Origin: an uncultured Chloroflexia bacterium
GTDB taxonomy: Bacteria; Chloroflexota; UBA6077; JACCZL01
Direction: 5' to 3'
NCBI GenBank assembly: GCA_963765765.1
Contig: CAVXYC010000023.1
Span: 1 to 64,000, forward strand
DNA: 64,000 nt
In this document: positions 47,861 through 58,273 of the stretch, one piece after another
Numbering within the stretch: position 1 is the first letter of the stretch
How the letters are laid out: each line of letters begins with the position of its first letter
The notes under the pieces: generated by a model
Databases searched by the model: none
Told to the model about the DNA's origin: nothing
What the model saw: the letters and a program-made list of their open reading frames with translations, nothing else
Program-made: the position numbers and the translations under genes

Positions 47861-49039
47861 CTAGTGCTCGTCACCCCACTCGCCGTCCTGCGTCGGCCCG
47901 AGCTCGCCGGTGCAGTACGGCGAGAGCGCGCGCATTCGGCACGGCACACCATGCCGCTTGAGCTCATCCTCAAACAATGGCATGTACGTCCGGGTTCTCG
48001 TCCTCGTACTCCGTCTGGATGCCACCCTGTTTCACGCTGAGATCGGCAGTGTTCCGGTCCGTGGGCATATCGTCCCACCGGCCCGAGACGTAGCGACGAG
48101 ACCTGTTCACACCCACAACCAGGTACGTGGCAGACGATTCCGACACATTAAAGTGCTGGTGGTACCACAGGCCCGGGCCCGCGCCACTCAGGAAGATGCT
48201 GCCCGGGTTTCCAGTCATAACGCACGGCTGGCTCATCATCGCCACGCTGGGTGGTGGTGTAGCCCTCACCGTTCAATATGAACAGGTGCGCGCCCGACGG
48301 GCTGCGGTGGCCCTTCTTGTAGCAGACCGGCCTGGAAACGCGAGATGTGCGAGTTGATCGTGCCGCCGGCCAGCAGGAAGAATGCGTTGGTACCGCCGCC
48401 CCCACGCTCCTTCCACTCCCACAGCTTCATTCGGCGTACATCCGGCTCGAAGTTCGTCTCCCAGAGACGACCCCGCCAGAGCTTTCCCTCTTTCCCAAAG
48501 TAGTCCGATTCACCCGAGTACCGGTCGGTAAAGGCGTAGGGATTGTCGAAGAGGAATCCTTCGTTGTGGAACTGCCGCATCATTGAGGGCAGGTTGGTCA
48601 CCGAGAAGTACCGAACTGGATCCTGGCCACTGCCATTGTGTGACTGGAAATAGGCGTTGGTCGGGATGGCGAAGAAGCTGCCCTCGGACCACTCGAACGT
48701 CTGCTTGGTGTCCTCATCGAACCAGACCGTGGTCGCGCCGCGGCCGCTCAAGATGTAGATCGCCTCATCGTAGATGTGGTGCTCAGGGACGGTGGATTGT
48801 CCTGGTGGGATCTCCACGATATGGATGTCACTGCTATCGTCGCCATCGAGATAGGCGACGGCGCCCTTGACGCCCTTGCGTGGCCAATCCCCTAGCTCCG
48901 CGGCCCGCATATCCGGGATATACACGCCGTCGATGATCGGCACGCCTTCGTTCTTCAGCCAATCATCGTAGGGATCGACCTTTTTCATAAGCGGCGCTTC
49001 GGCCGCGGCACCGGTGTAGGTCAGGGTGTTCACTGCCAT
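47861..49039 (-). CDS. Bicupin protein (gentisate 1,2-dioxygenase-like fold), frameshifted
   Basis: EIPPGQSTVPEHHIYDEAIYILSGRGATTVW (cupin 1), KKGHR...GAHLFILNGEGY and WYHQHFN (cupin 2), IEYEDE-like C-terminal motif TEYEDENP. Confidence 0.8.
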
Positions 49040-49530
49040 CTGAGAGCTCCTCATTGTGCAGCTCTGATCCTCGAAGCTATCGAATAAGAAGTCTCCTTTC
49101 CGCCGAAATGCTTGTCGTGTGTGAATGACTCTCATCATTGGTCCAACGCAGGACGCGCGTCAATAGATTGCCCAACCGGTCTCTCTATATGACGCATCAG
49201 GTAGATGCAACTTCGAGTAGTTCGGGAAAACATCATGGGCTTGAGGCGCACCACCATGAACACCATGGCAATCCCGATCGTCCCCACGCTACGACAGCTT
49301 GGATGCGGACACCCCGCACTCATCCTCGTCATGTCCGGGGAGCTCAAGTTCGTGAGAGGGAGCGGAACGTCCTACCTGCTGGTTTCTTTGACGCCGGTGG
49401 GGAGATCCTTCGCTGCACTCAGGATGGCCGGGATACTGGAATTGATCGGTGTGTACCGGCGATGGACGCCGTTGGCCGGCATTCATGGACCATAAGCGCG
49501 GCAAAGACGCACACGCGGTGTAGAGGGCAA

Positions 49531-49578
49531 CAAAAACCCGGGGCTGACTACGTTGACGTAGCCAGTCCCGGGTTTTTG
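49531..49578. terminator. Long hairpin, probable bidirectional intrinsic terminator
   Basis: caaaaacccggggctgactacg-ttga-cgtagccagtcccgggtttttg, 8 bp downstream of the stop at 49587, with T-tracts on both strands. Confidence 0.75.
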
Positions 49579-49586
49579 GACTGTAG

Positions 49587-50604
49587 CTAGACGCGCTCCT
49601 CGGCGATCATCACCGATTCGGGGAAGATCTCGTCCAAGGCCTGCTTCTTCGGCGAGAGACCTTGCTCGACTGAGATTTGCTGAATGAAGTCGATCGCCTT
49701 CGCGTTGGCCTTGACGCCGTAAGCAAAGGGATCGGGACCCATTAGCTCATCGATTTGCGCCTGGTATTGAGGCCCAAAGACCATGAGGGTCGGCGGGTGC
49801 TCGCGCTGGCGCTGAATGGCGATCTTCTTGGCGCGCTCGAACGCTTCCATCAGACTCATCGCCACCCACGGATGCTTGTCCAGGATCTCCTGGCGCACGA
49901 CGGTGGTGTGGTGCGGTGGGAAGATACCCGGTCTTCTTGTAGTAGCGCGCGCCCTCCGCAATCGGGTCGGAGAAGAGGAGCGGGAAGTCCGGGTTGCCAC
50001 GGATGTTCTTCATGGGGCGGTCAACGGATGAGTCCGCCGGCGGGCCGTAGCCCATGGCTGCATCCATCGTTCCGTCGTAGAACATCGTGCCCCAGTCCGT
50101 CTGGACATAGGTTAGGCGCACGCCCGGAGGGAGGGTGGTACCGCTGGCGCCAGTGTGGCTGTAGTTCTTGCCACGCGTCTGGTACCAATCCATGTCCTCG
50201 GCTTCAACGCCAAACTCGTGCTTGAGCACACCACGGATCCACAGACCGGCCGTCTGCTGATAGTCCATCAGTGCGAAGCGCTTGCCCTTGAGATCCTCAG
50301 GATGGTCCTGACGGATTCCCGAAGCCGTGCGGATCACAATGCTGCAATACGAGAAATTGCGGTTGTGGAAGACCGGCAGCAATCGATAAGGATAACCGTG
50401 GGCGCGCTCCACCATAAATGACGACATGGAGAACTCGGACAGATCGTACCGGTGGTACTTGATCTGATCGAAAAACACCTGGGGCACCCCGCCTGGCATG
50501 CCCAGGTACTCCAGCGTGATACCGACCGGCTTCACCTCGCCGGTGATGAGCGGCATCACCCGGTCGTACGGGGTCATGGCGAAGCTCAATGTGAGATCTG
50601 GCAT
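49587..50604 (-). CDS. 4,5-dihydroxyphthalate decarboxylase-like protein (frameshift near 49930)
   Basis: MPDLTLSFAMTPYDRVMPLITGEVKPVGITL, YDLSEFSMSSF, LPVFHNRNF, DLKGKR...YQQTAGLWIRGVL, GIFPPHHTTVVR, DPFAYGVKAN. Confidence 0.8.
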
Positions 50605-51053
50605 AGGGCTCGATCCTTTCGTCTCCCAGTTCAAAATCGCAGGCGACCGTTTGGTCCTGCATACGGTAGTGCGAGTTGAGTTTGATGTCAACTTGCACTT
50701 AGACCCCTCGCGCCCTGGGAAGGGTTTGGTGACGACTCGCGATGGGGACCAGGTTACCCTCACCAACCCTCCCCAGGCCTGCTCAAGGTGCGGACACCCG
50801 GTGCATGTAGTGTGCGCTTGAGCGCTTTTTACGAGCACCGCTAGCGAGCACAGCGATGCGACGAGCGACATTGGGAACCACACCGTCCATATCCGTCGAT
50901 CGCGGGCCGCCGCATCGCTGCGCTCGCTTGCCGACATCGCTGAAAAAGCACTGAAGCACTCACTACATGCACCGGGGTGTCCGCCATTGAACAAAGGAGA
51001 AGGAGTCGGGCGCTCTTGATTCACCGGTGGCTATGATTTACCACTGGTCTCAC

Positions 51054-51173
51054 TGTCATCCTGAGGAAGGAAGGATCTGCACGGACATCGGCGACAGCGA
51101 TTACACCTTGGGGCCTTTGGCTTCCCTCCGTGGGCATCAACATCCTGGAGATCCTTCGTTCCTCAGGATGACA
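51054..51173. repeat. Palindromic repeat element, TGTCATCCTGAG...GAAGGATCT family
   Basis: 25-bp inverted arms with one mismatch (51054-51078 and 51149-51173). A partial arm agatccttcgctgcactcaggatggc occurs at 49403-49428. Confidence 0.8.
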
Positions 51174-51269
51174 AGGAGACGTGTACCCGATGAAACGAGG
51201 CCGGTGAATAACCGGGCTAAGGAGGAACCGCACCCTTTTACGGATGCGGCTCTGTTCGACTGGTTTCTG

Positions 51270-52172
51270 TTACCGACCCTTGAGTCGTGGATCCAGAACG
51301 TCCCGCAGGGCATCACCAAATAGCGCGAATGCGAAGACGACACTGGACAGGGCAAGGCCCGGGAAGAGCGTGAGCCACGGGGCTGACTCTAGATAACCCT
51401 TCGCGCCAAACTGCAACATGCCGCCCCACGACGGATGTGGCGGCGGAACGCCCAGCCCCAGGAAGCTCAGCGTGGCCTCCGCGACAATCGAATTTCCTAA
51501 CTGACCTGTCGCGAGTACGAAGACCGGTGTGAGGCTGTTGGGAATGACGTGCTGCAGCATGATCCTGGGCGTGGTACAGCCTACGGTGCGCGCCGAGTCC
51601 ACGTAGGCCTCCTCCTTGATCGACAATGCGCTGCTCCGCGCCAGTCGAGCCACGCGAGGGAGGTACGTGATTGCGATGGCCACGGTAACACTGTTGAGCG
51701 AGGGACCGAGTGCGACAACGAGGATCAACGCCAGGACGATCGGCGGAAAGCCCATCAGCGCGTCCATGATCCGCTGAGCCAGGATGTCGAAACGACCTCC
51801 CATAAAACCGGACGCCACACCAATGAGCAAGCCGACAATAGTGCCAATCAAGACAGAGAGAATACCCACGTATAGTGACACCCTGGCGCCGTAGACGATT
51901 CGACTGAATACGTCTCTTCCGTAGATATCCGTGCCGAACCAGAACGACTCATCCGGCGGGCGGAGACGGTACGGAACGTTCTGCTGAATGGGATCGTACG
52001 GTGCAATCCAATCCGCGAAGATCGCGGTCAGACAAAGAATAATGAGAATGCCGGCCCCGAATGCACCCAGAGGCTTGTTCCGGACGAACGAAATAACAGG
52101 ATGTCGCGACAGACCGCGTCCAGTCGCGGCACGGGAGGCCGGAATTGGTTGGGCGATCGCTTCAACGGTCAT
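51270..52172 (-). CDS. dppC: Peptide/nickel ABC transporter permease (DppC-like)
   Basis: FGTDIYGRDVFSRIVYGARVSL, EAA-loop YVDSARTVG, EATLSFLGLG, FGDALRDVLDPR. Confidence 0.9.
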   Translation of the reverse strand: MTVEAIAQPIPASRAATGRGLSRHPVISFVRNKPLGAFGAGILIILCLTAIFADWIAPYDPIQQNVPYRLRPPDESFWFGTDIYGRDVFSRIVYGARVSLYVGILSVLIGTIVGLLIGVASGFMGGRFDILAQRIMDALMGFPPIVLALILVVALGPSLNSVTVAIAITYLPRVARLARSSALSIKEEAYVDSARTVGCTTPRIMLQHVIPNSLTPVFVLATGQLGNSIVAEATLSFLGLGVPPPHPSWGGMLQFGAKGYLESAPWLTLFPGLALSSVVFAFALFGDALRDVLDPRLKGR

Positions 52173-52191
52173 CGCTGACCCCTTTCCACGC

Positions 52192-53151
52192 TCATTTGTA
52201 GCTGATGCGCGGGTCAACAACCGCGTAGCACAGATCGACCAGTAAATTCAGGCACAACATCAGCAATACCAGTAGCATCGCGAGCGTCTGAATGACAGGG
52301 TAATCTCGACTGTTCGCCGCCAGCACGATCCCCTGACCGATGCCTGGCATACCGAAAATGGACTCCAGAATGACCGTACCCCCTAGCAGACCCGCAAGCT
52401 GCAAGCCCGAGAGCGTCAGCACCGGGATTAGCGCATTCTGTAGCGCGTGCTTGGAGACCACAACCTTCTCCACAAGCCCCTTGGCTCGAGCAGTTCGAAC
52501 AAAATCCTGCCCCAGCACTTCCAGCATGTTGGACCGAGTGATACGGGTGATGTTTGCGCTAAACCCCCAGGCCAATACCAGCGCCGGCCAGATCGCCTTC
52601 TGAAGATGCAGCACTGGATCCTCCCAGAGGTTCTTGTAGAACACCGGCGGACTCCAGGCAAACTGGACCGAGAGAAACAGCAAAAGCATCAGGGCGAGCC
52701 AGAAGTTGGGCAGCGCGTGTCCGCTGAGCGTGACGATTCGTACCAGGTAGTCTGGCCACTTGTCCTGACGAACGGCGGCAATGATCCCGAGCGGAATCGA
52801 GACGATCATCGAAAGTACGAGCGCGTACGCCGCGAGCTGTAGGGTAACCGGCAGCCGTCGTGCCAGGATCCCCCCAATGGGCTCCCGGTCGGCCAATGAG
52901 CGGCCACCGAATTCGCCGTTCACCAGTGACCACACCCACTTGCCGTACTGGACCGGCAATGGGTCTCGGAGTCCCAGCGCCTCGCGATACGCCTCCAGCT
53001 GCTCGGTGGCCATCGCCGAGCTGGCCTCGCCGCCGAGTATGACCAGCGCAACGTCGCCGGGCAGCGCTCGCATGATCGTGAAAATGGCCAGCGACGCCAG
53101 CAGCAGCGTTGGGCCGAAGAGGATCAGGCGCCTCAGGATGTATTGCTGCAT
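52192..53151 (-). CDS. dppB: Peptide/nickel ABC transporter permease (DppB-like)
   Basis: YILRRL, LPGDVA, GLRDPLPVQY, RSNMLEVLGQDFVRTARAKGL, ESIFGMPGIG, DYPVIQ, DPRI. Confidence 0.92.
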   Translation of the reverse strand: MQQYILRRLILFGPTLLLASLAIFTIMRALPGDVALVILGGEASSAMATEQLEAYREALGLRDPLPVQYGKWVWSLVNGEFGGRSLADREPIGGILARRLPVTLQLAAYALVLSMIVSIPLGIIAAVRQDKWPDYLVRIVTLSGHALPNFWLALMLLLFLSVQFAWSPPVFYKNLWEDPVLHLQKAIWPALVLAWGFSANITRITRSNMLEVLGQDFVRTARAKGLVEKVVVSKHALQNALIPVLTLSGLQLAGLLGGTVILESIFGMPGIGQGIVLAANSRDYPVIQTLAMLLVLLMLCLNLLVDLCYAVVDPRISYK

Positions 53152-53237
53152 CGAGCTCCTCGGGGATTGATGGAAAGTGAGTCATGAGCGATGAGCCGAG
53201 CGCAACGCGCCGCCCCATCACTCATGACTTGCATTTG

Positions 53238-55026
53238 TTACTTATCCAGCCAGACAGTCGCGAAGCTGATGTTCGCGGTGATGTCTTCCTGGGGAATCGC
53301 CATTCCCTTCACATGTGACCGATATGGGATGGTTTGAATCTGGTCGTACAGCGGCACGCCGTAGACTTGATCCACGAGCAGATACTTCTCCAACTCTCGA
53401 TAGATGGTGACGCGCTCCTCCATCGACTTTGCTCGATCGAATCGATCGAAGAAGTCCGCCACCTTCTGGTCCTCGTGAACAGCAAAGGCATTGTTTGCCA
53501 GGCTTTGCTTGTTGACCAGTACGGAAAGACCTTCCGGGAAGGTGATGGTCGCGCCCTTCCCCGTCTGGATGTAGAAATCCTTGCGAGCAGCGCGCTCGTT
53601 GTACGTGGCGACGTCCACCAGGTCCAAACGCGCTTGAACACCGATGGTGGCAAGCTGGCCCTGGAGCCATTCATGCTCCGCCTGCCAGGTCCGCTGGCCA
53701 AAAGTCGCAGTCTCGAACCCGTTGGGGTGTCCCGCTTCGGCAAGCAAACGCTTGGCCTCGGCACGGTCCCTATCGCGACCACCTTCCGCGTAGCCGGGCC
53801 AGGATCAGCCAGTCCGGATTCGGCCAGGGCGACTTCGGAGCCTGCAGAGTCGTCAGGAAGCCGTTGCCACTCTCCACAGCTTGAATACCTTCACGCTTGT
53901 CAATCGCGAGAGAGATGGCCTTGCGGACCTTGGCGTCCTGCAGCGGGCTTTCGCGGAGCGTATTGAACCAGAGCGTCTCGCGCTGACCGCCGAGCTCAGC
54001 AAACCAAACCTGGTCGCCGAACGCTTGCTCGAGAGAAGCCTTCTGCTCTGGCTTCAGCGTGAAGCCGAGTCCGCGAGTTCCGCCGTCAAGTCGGCCGGCT
54101 CGGAACGCAGCCACGACAGCCGACAGATCATTGATGATTGGGAAATCGATGCCGTCAAGATACGGAAGCTGCTTGCCCTGGGCATCCTTCTCCCAGTACT
54201 TGTCGAACTTACGCACCGATACCACGGAGCCTTTTTCGATCTTGTCGACCTTGAAAGGTCCGAGCGCGACGAAGCCGATGTCAGCCGGAGCCACCATGAC
54301 CTCTCCAGCCGCGATTTTTGGCGCCATCAGGTGCCGGGGATGGGCGATCTGCACGTTGCGCGACGCAATCAGATCCATGAAATACGGGGTGGGATTTTTC
54401 AAGGTGAAGCGCACTGTTCGCTCATCGGGCGCCTCAACCTTGTCGAGGTTTCCGAAGTACGCCTTGAAGCGCGAGACGGGGCGTGTCTTGTCCCCAGATT
54501 TGGCGCCGTTGTAGGCGAGATCTACCCAGAAGACGATGTCTTCCGCGGTCAATTTGGTGCCGTCATGCCAGAGCACATTGTCACGAAGCTTGAATGTGTA
54601 CTGAGTAAATTCGGGATTGTTCTCCCAGGATTCAGCTAACCCCGCGCAGACTTTGTACAGGTCATCGCGGCAGGGCCGTACCAGCGAGCCATCACCGAAC
54701 ACGCTCGCGGATACGTGCGTCAGACTGATCGACGTCTGGAACATAGGGTCCCAGGTCGCCGGCGGATCTTCGCGATGGGCAATGACGGCAACACCGCCAG
54801 TTTTGATGGTTGCATCAGCCGCGACTTTCGGAGCAGCTTGACGCGGGTCCGTGGCCGGGGGTTCGGGCGCCTTGGCCGGTGCCTGCGCCTCCTTGGCCGC
54901 CGGTTGAGCCGGCGCGGCAGACGGCTCCTTGGGCGCTGGGGGCACGGGACGACAAGCGAGCGTGGCCGTCAGCGCTAGCAGCGCAAAGACGCTCACGGTT
55001 CGTTTGCGGGAGTTTCCAAACATCAT
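53238..55026 (-). CDS. Family 5 ABC substrate-binding lipoprotein (frameshift near 53770)
   Basis: Lipobox TLAC, LAESWE, FKLRDNVLWHDG, GPFKV, LPYLDGI, VRKAISLAID. C-terminus VWLDK in ORF 53238-53747. Confidence 0.88.
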
Positions 55027-55066
55027 CCTCGGGGCTCCTCTCGGCGGTCAGCCCGCCTTCCCTTTC

Positions 55067-56845
55067 CTATTTATCAAGCCAGACACCGGCGAAGCTCAGG
55101 TTCGCCGTAATGTCTTCAGGCGGTACCTGCATGCCCTTGAGATGCGACCGGTACGGAGTCGTCTGGGTTTCGTCGTAGAGCGGGACACCGTATACCTGGT
55201 CCACAAGTACGTATTTCTCGAGATCACGATAGATCTTGATGCGATCCTCGAGTGATCGAGCAGAATCAAACTGCTTGAACATCTCGATGACCTTAGGGTC
55301 CTCATGGACACCGAAGGTGTTATTTGCCACGCTTGCAGCGTTGATGATCGACGAGAGCCCCTCAGGGAACGTGACCGTGGAGCCCTTGGCCGCCTGCATG
55401 TAGAAATCCTTACGGAAGCCGCGATCGTTATACGTCGCGATGTCCGCCAAGTCTAGCTTGAGCCTTACGCCCAATCCAGCCAGATTTCCCTGCATCCACT
55501 CATATCGACCGGACCAGCTCTGCTGTCCGAAGACCGGAATATCGAACCCACCGCCGTATCCCGCCTCGTTCATGAGTCGGCGCGCCTCAGTACGATCGGC
55601 ATCGCGAGTCGTCTCGTTGTAACCGGGCCAGGTCAGCCAATCCGGATTGGGGAAGGGTGACCGAGGATCCAGGATTGTTGATAGCTGGCCGTTTCCGCCC
55701 TCAATCGCGTTGAGCCCCTCGCGTTTGTCGACCCAGAGCGAGATGGCTTTACGGACGCGAACATCCTGCAGCGGGCTGTCCTTAAGTATGTTGAACCAGA
55801 GCACCTGGCGCTGACCGTTGATGGCCGCGAACCAGACCTGATCGCCGAACGCCTTCTGAAGACTTTCAATTTGATCCGGTAGCAGCGTAAAGCCGCCGCC
55901 TCGCGTCCCGCCGTCAAGGCGACCGGCGCGGAATGCAGCGAGTACGGCAGAGAAATCGGTCATGATCGGGAAATCAATCCCATCCAGATACGGGAGCGGG
56001 CGCCCTTGCGCGTCTTTTTCCCAGTACTTGTCGAACTTGCGGACCTGGACCACGGAGCCCTTCTCAACCTTATCCATCTTGAAGGGACCGAGAGCGACGA
56101 AGCCTACGTCTGCCGGTCCGATGCTGACTTCGCCCGCCTGAATCCGTGACTCCATCAGGTGCCGTGGATGGGCGACGAGTCCCTGACGGCCGGCGAGGAG
56201 ATCAAGGTAGGAAGGAGTTGGCGAAGCGACGGTGATGCGAACCTGGTTGCCATCCACAATCTCGGTCTGCTTGATCTCACCAAGATTTGCCTTGAACCGA
56301 GCCGGCGGCCGCGTCTTGTCACCGACTTTCGCGCCGTTATAGGCCAGGTCCAACCAAAATTTCAGGTCGGGCGCCGTGAGCGGGGTACCGTCATGCCAGA
56401 AGACACCGTCACGGATCTTGAACGTGAACTGCGTGAAATCGGGATTGATCTCCCAGCTCTCAGCGAGCGCAGGGCAGATCTTGTAGATGTTATCGGGACA
56501 CGTCTTGACCAGGTTGCCGTCGCCATAGATGCTCGTTCCCACGTAGGAGAGTGAGATCGACGTCTGGAACATCGGGTCCCAGTTGGACGGCGGGTCCTCA
56601 CGGGTGGCAATTACCGCGACGCCGCCAGTCTTGACCTGGCCGGTTGTTGCCACGGTGGGTGGCGGGGCAACGGCCACTGGCGCCTGAGGAGCCTGGGTGG
56701 CCGCGGGCGCAGCGCCCGAGGCTGGCTGGGCCGGTGCCTCCTTAGGTGCGGGCGGAACTGGCCGGCAAGCAGCCAGAACAAGCGCTGCGATGAGCAGCGC
56801 AGAAGCGCGACGAGGCAACGACATAGGTGGTGTTCGCCCGGGCAT
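55067..56845 (-). CDS. Family 5 ABC substrate-binding lipoprotein, tandem paralog
   Basis: Lipobox LAAC and the same motifs as the neighbour (WDPMFQTSISL, LAESWE, WHDG, LPYLDGIDFPI, VWLDK). Intact ORF. Confidence 0.92.
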   Translation of the reverse strand: MPGRTPPMSLPRRASALLIAALVLAACRPVPPAPKEAPAQPASGAAPAATQAPQAPVAVAPPPTVATTGQVKTGGVAVIATREDPPSNWDPMFQTSISLSYVGTSIYGDGNLVKTCPDNIYKICPALAESWEINPDFTQFTFKIRDGVFWHDGTPLTAPDLKFWLDLAYNGAKVGDKTRPPARFKANLGEIKQTEIVDGNQVRITVASPTPSYLDLLAGRQGLVAHPRHLMESRIQAGEVSIGPADVGFVALGPFKMDKVEKGSVVQVRKFDKYWEKDAQGRPLPYLDGIDFPIMTDFSAVLAAFRAGRLDGGTRGGGFTLLPDQIESLQKAFGDQVWFAAINGQRQVLWFNILKDSPLQDVRVRKAISLWVDKREGLNAIEGGNGQLSTILDPRSPFPNPDWLTWPGYNETTRDADRTEARRLMNEAGYGGGFDIPVFGQQSWSGRYEWMQGNLAGLGVRLKLDLADIATYNDRGFRKDFYMQAAKGSTVTFPEGLSSIINAASVANNTFGVHEDPKVIEMFKQFDSARSLEDRIKIYRDLEKYVLVDQVYGVPLYDETQTTPYRSHLKGMQVPPEDITANLSFAGVWLDK

Positions 56846-57027
56846 CCTGTACCTCCGTGGACACGCGCCTGCCGGTTTGGGGCGCGAAGCAGCTCACTAA
56901 ACTCTGTTCAGGGGAGTCCAAAGCTCACCCGAAGAATTGATCTCCTACCCCGTCCTTTCTGTTTCTGGCCAGCTGACACGTGTGGCGTGTGCGGCGACTT
57001 TCGACGCGCATGCCTGAAAGGTCTCGT

Positions 57028-58146
57028 CTAGGCGGGAACCGGAACCCGACTAAACGCCGGGATCACTTCCTTCCCGAACAACTCGATTGATTTGCTCACG
57101 AGCTCGCGAGGCATGGCGCCAATCTCAAAGTTGCCACAGAACACGTCATAGCCAATGTTCTCGCGGCCCTCTTCCAGCTTGCGGATGACGGTCTCAGGAC
57201 TGCCTACGATCGCCAGACCGCTGTCCAGTGTGAAATCAAACGACTGACTCATCTCCTGGAACACGCGCGCGCGCTCTGCGTCATGAGGTCGTTCGCTATC
57301 TCGACCCATTCCACGCGCGTTGGAGCCCCAGCCGACGCGCGTATTGTTGATCTTGCCGCGGCCAGTGGTATTGGCATCGCGCATAGTCATCACATACTGC
57401 TCGGCCTGCTCGCGAGCCCTGGCATCAGTCTCGGCAACGAAAATCGCGCGCTGAAGGAAGATCCGAGGCATCGGCCCGGGATGGTTCTGCTCGCGCCATA
57501 CCTGACGGTAGTACTCAAATTTTTCCGCCACCACCGCATCGGTATCGAGGTTTTGCGAGACGTTCCAATTATTCTTGGCGGCGTATTCCATGGACGCGTT
57601 GCTGTGCGCGGCAATCCAGACGGGCGGGTGCGGTTGCTGGTACGGCTTGGGCGCGGGCAGGGCCTCGTCAAAACTCCAGTACTTGCCCTGGTACGTCACC
57701 TCTGGCTCTGTCCAGGCCTTGATGATGATCTCCATGGCTTCCAGGGACATAGGCGCACGCTGGTAATAGTCCAACCCCCAGCGAATGAACTCGTGCTCGT
57801 GAACGCCGATGCCGCTGCCGAACTCCACGCGTCCGTGCGAGAGGTGGTCAAGCATGGCCACTTCTTCTGCGAGGCGCATGGGGTTGTGAAACGGAATTTG
57901 CCAGATCATCGCGCCGAAGCGGAGGGTGCTGGTTCGCATCGCGATCGCGGTGAGATAAACGCTGGGAGAGGTGATCTCGCCCACGGGTGAGTTCTGGTGC
58001 TCGATGATCCAGTAGGAGTGAAAGCCGAGCTCCTCCAACCGCACGGCTCGATTGACGTGGTAGTCGTACACATCGGCGGTGCGGGGCGCCTGGGACATCT
58101 GATAGGCACCCATTGAGTCCCAGAACGCGAGGTCCAGTTCAGTCAT
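57028..58146 (-). CDS. LLM class (luciferase-like) flavin-dependent oxidoreductase
   Basis: GFHSYWIIEHQ, NPMRLAEEVAMLDHLSHGRVEFGSG, PKPYQQPHPPVWIA, IVGSPETV, SIELFGKEVIPAF. Confidence 0.92.
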   Translation of the reverse strand: MTELDLAFWDSMGAYQMSQAPRTADVYDYHVNRAVRLEELGFHSYWIIEHQNSPVGEITSPSVYLTAIAMRTSTLRFGAMIWQIPFHNPMRLAEEVAMLDHLSHGRVEFGSGIGVHEHEFIRWGLDYYQRAPMSLEAMEIIIKAWTEPEVTYQGKYWSFDEALPAPKPYQQPHPPVWIAAHSNASMEYAAKNNWNVSQNLDTDAVVAEKFEYYRQVWREQNHPGPMPRIFLQRAIFVAETDARAREQAEQYVMTMRDANTTGRGKINNTRVGWGSNARGMGRDSERPHDAERARVFQEMSQSFDFTLDSGLAIVGSPETVIRKLEEGRENIGYDVFCGNFEIGAMPRELVSKSIELFGKEVIPAFSRVPVPA

Positions 58147-58175
58147 TCATTGTCCTTTCGAATTTCTCGATATCG

Positions 58176-58261
58176 GAGCCGCATCCCGTAAGGGTGCGGT
58201 TCCTCTTGTGTCATCCTCATGTCCTGGAATGAAGGAACCGCACCCTTACGGGATGCGGCTC
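58176..58261. repeat. REP-like doublet, GAGCCGC...GCGG family
   Basis: Perfect 29-bp inverted arms gagccgcatcccgtaagggtgcggttcct (58176-58204) and its reverse complement (58233-58261). A single variant arm lies at 51223-51252. Confidence 0.85.
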
Positions 58262-58273
58262 TGTTGTGTCCGG

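Noticed and set aside
49747-51024. 425-aa ORF with a long N-terminal extension
   Set aside because: Family similarity begins at MPDLTL (50604). The upstream part looks non-coding, and I could not match it to any known riboswitch.
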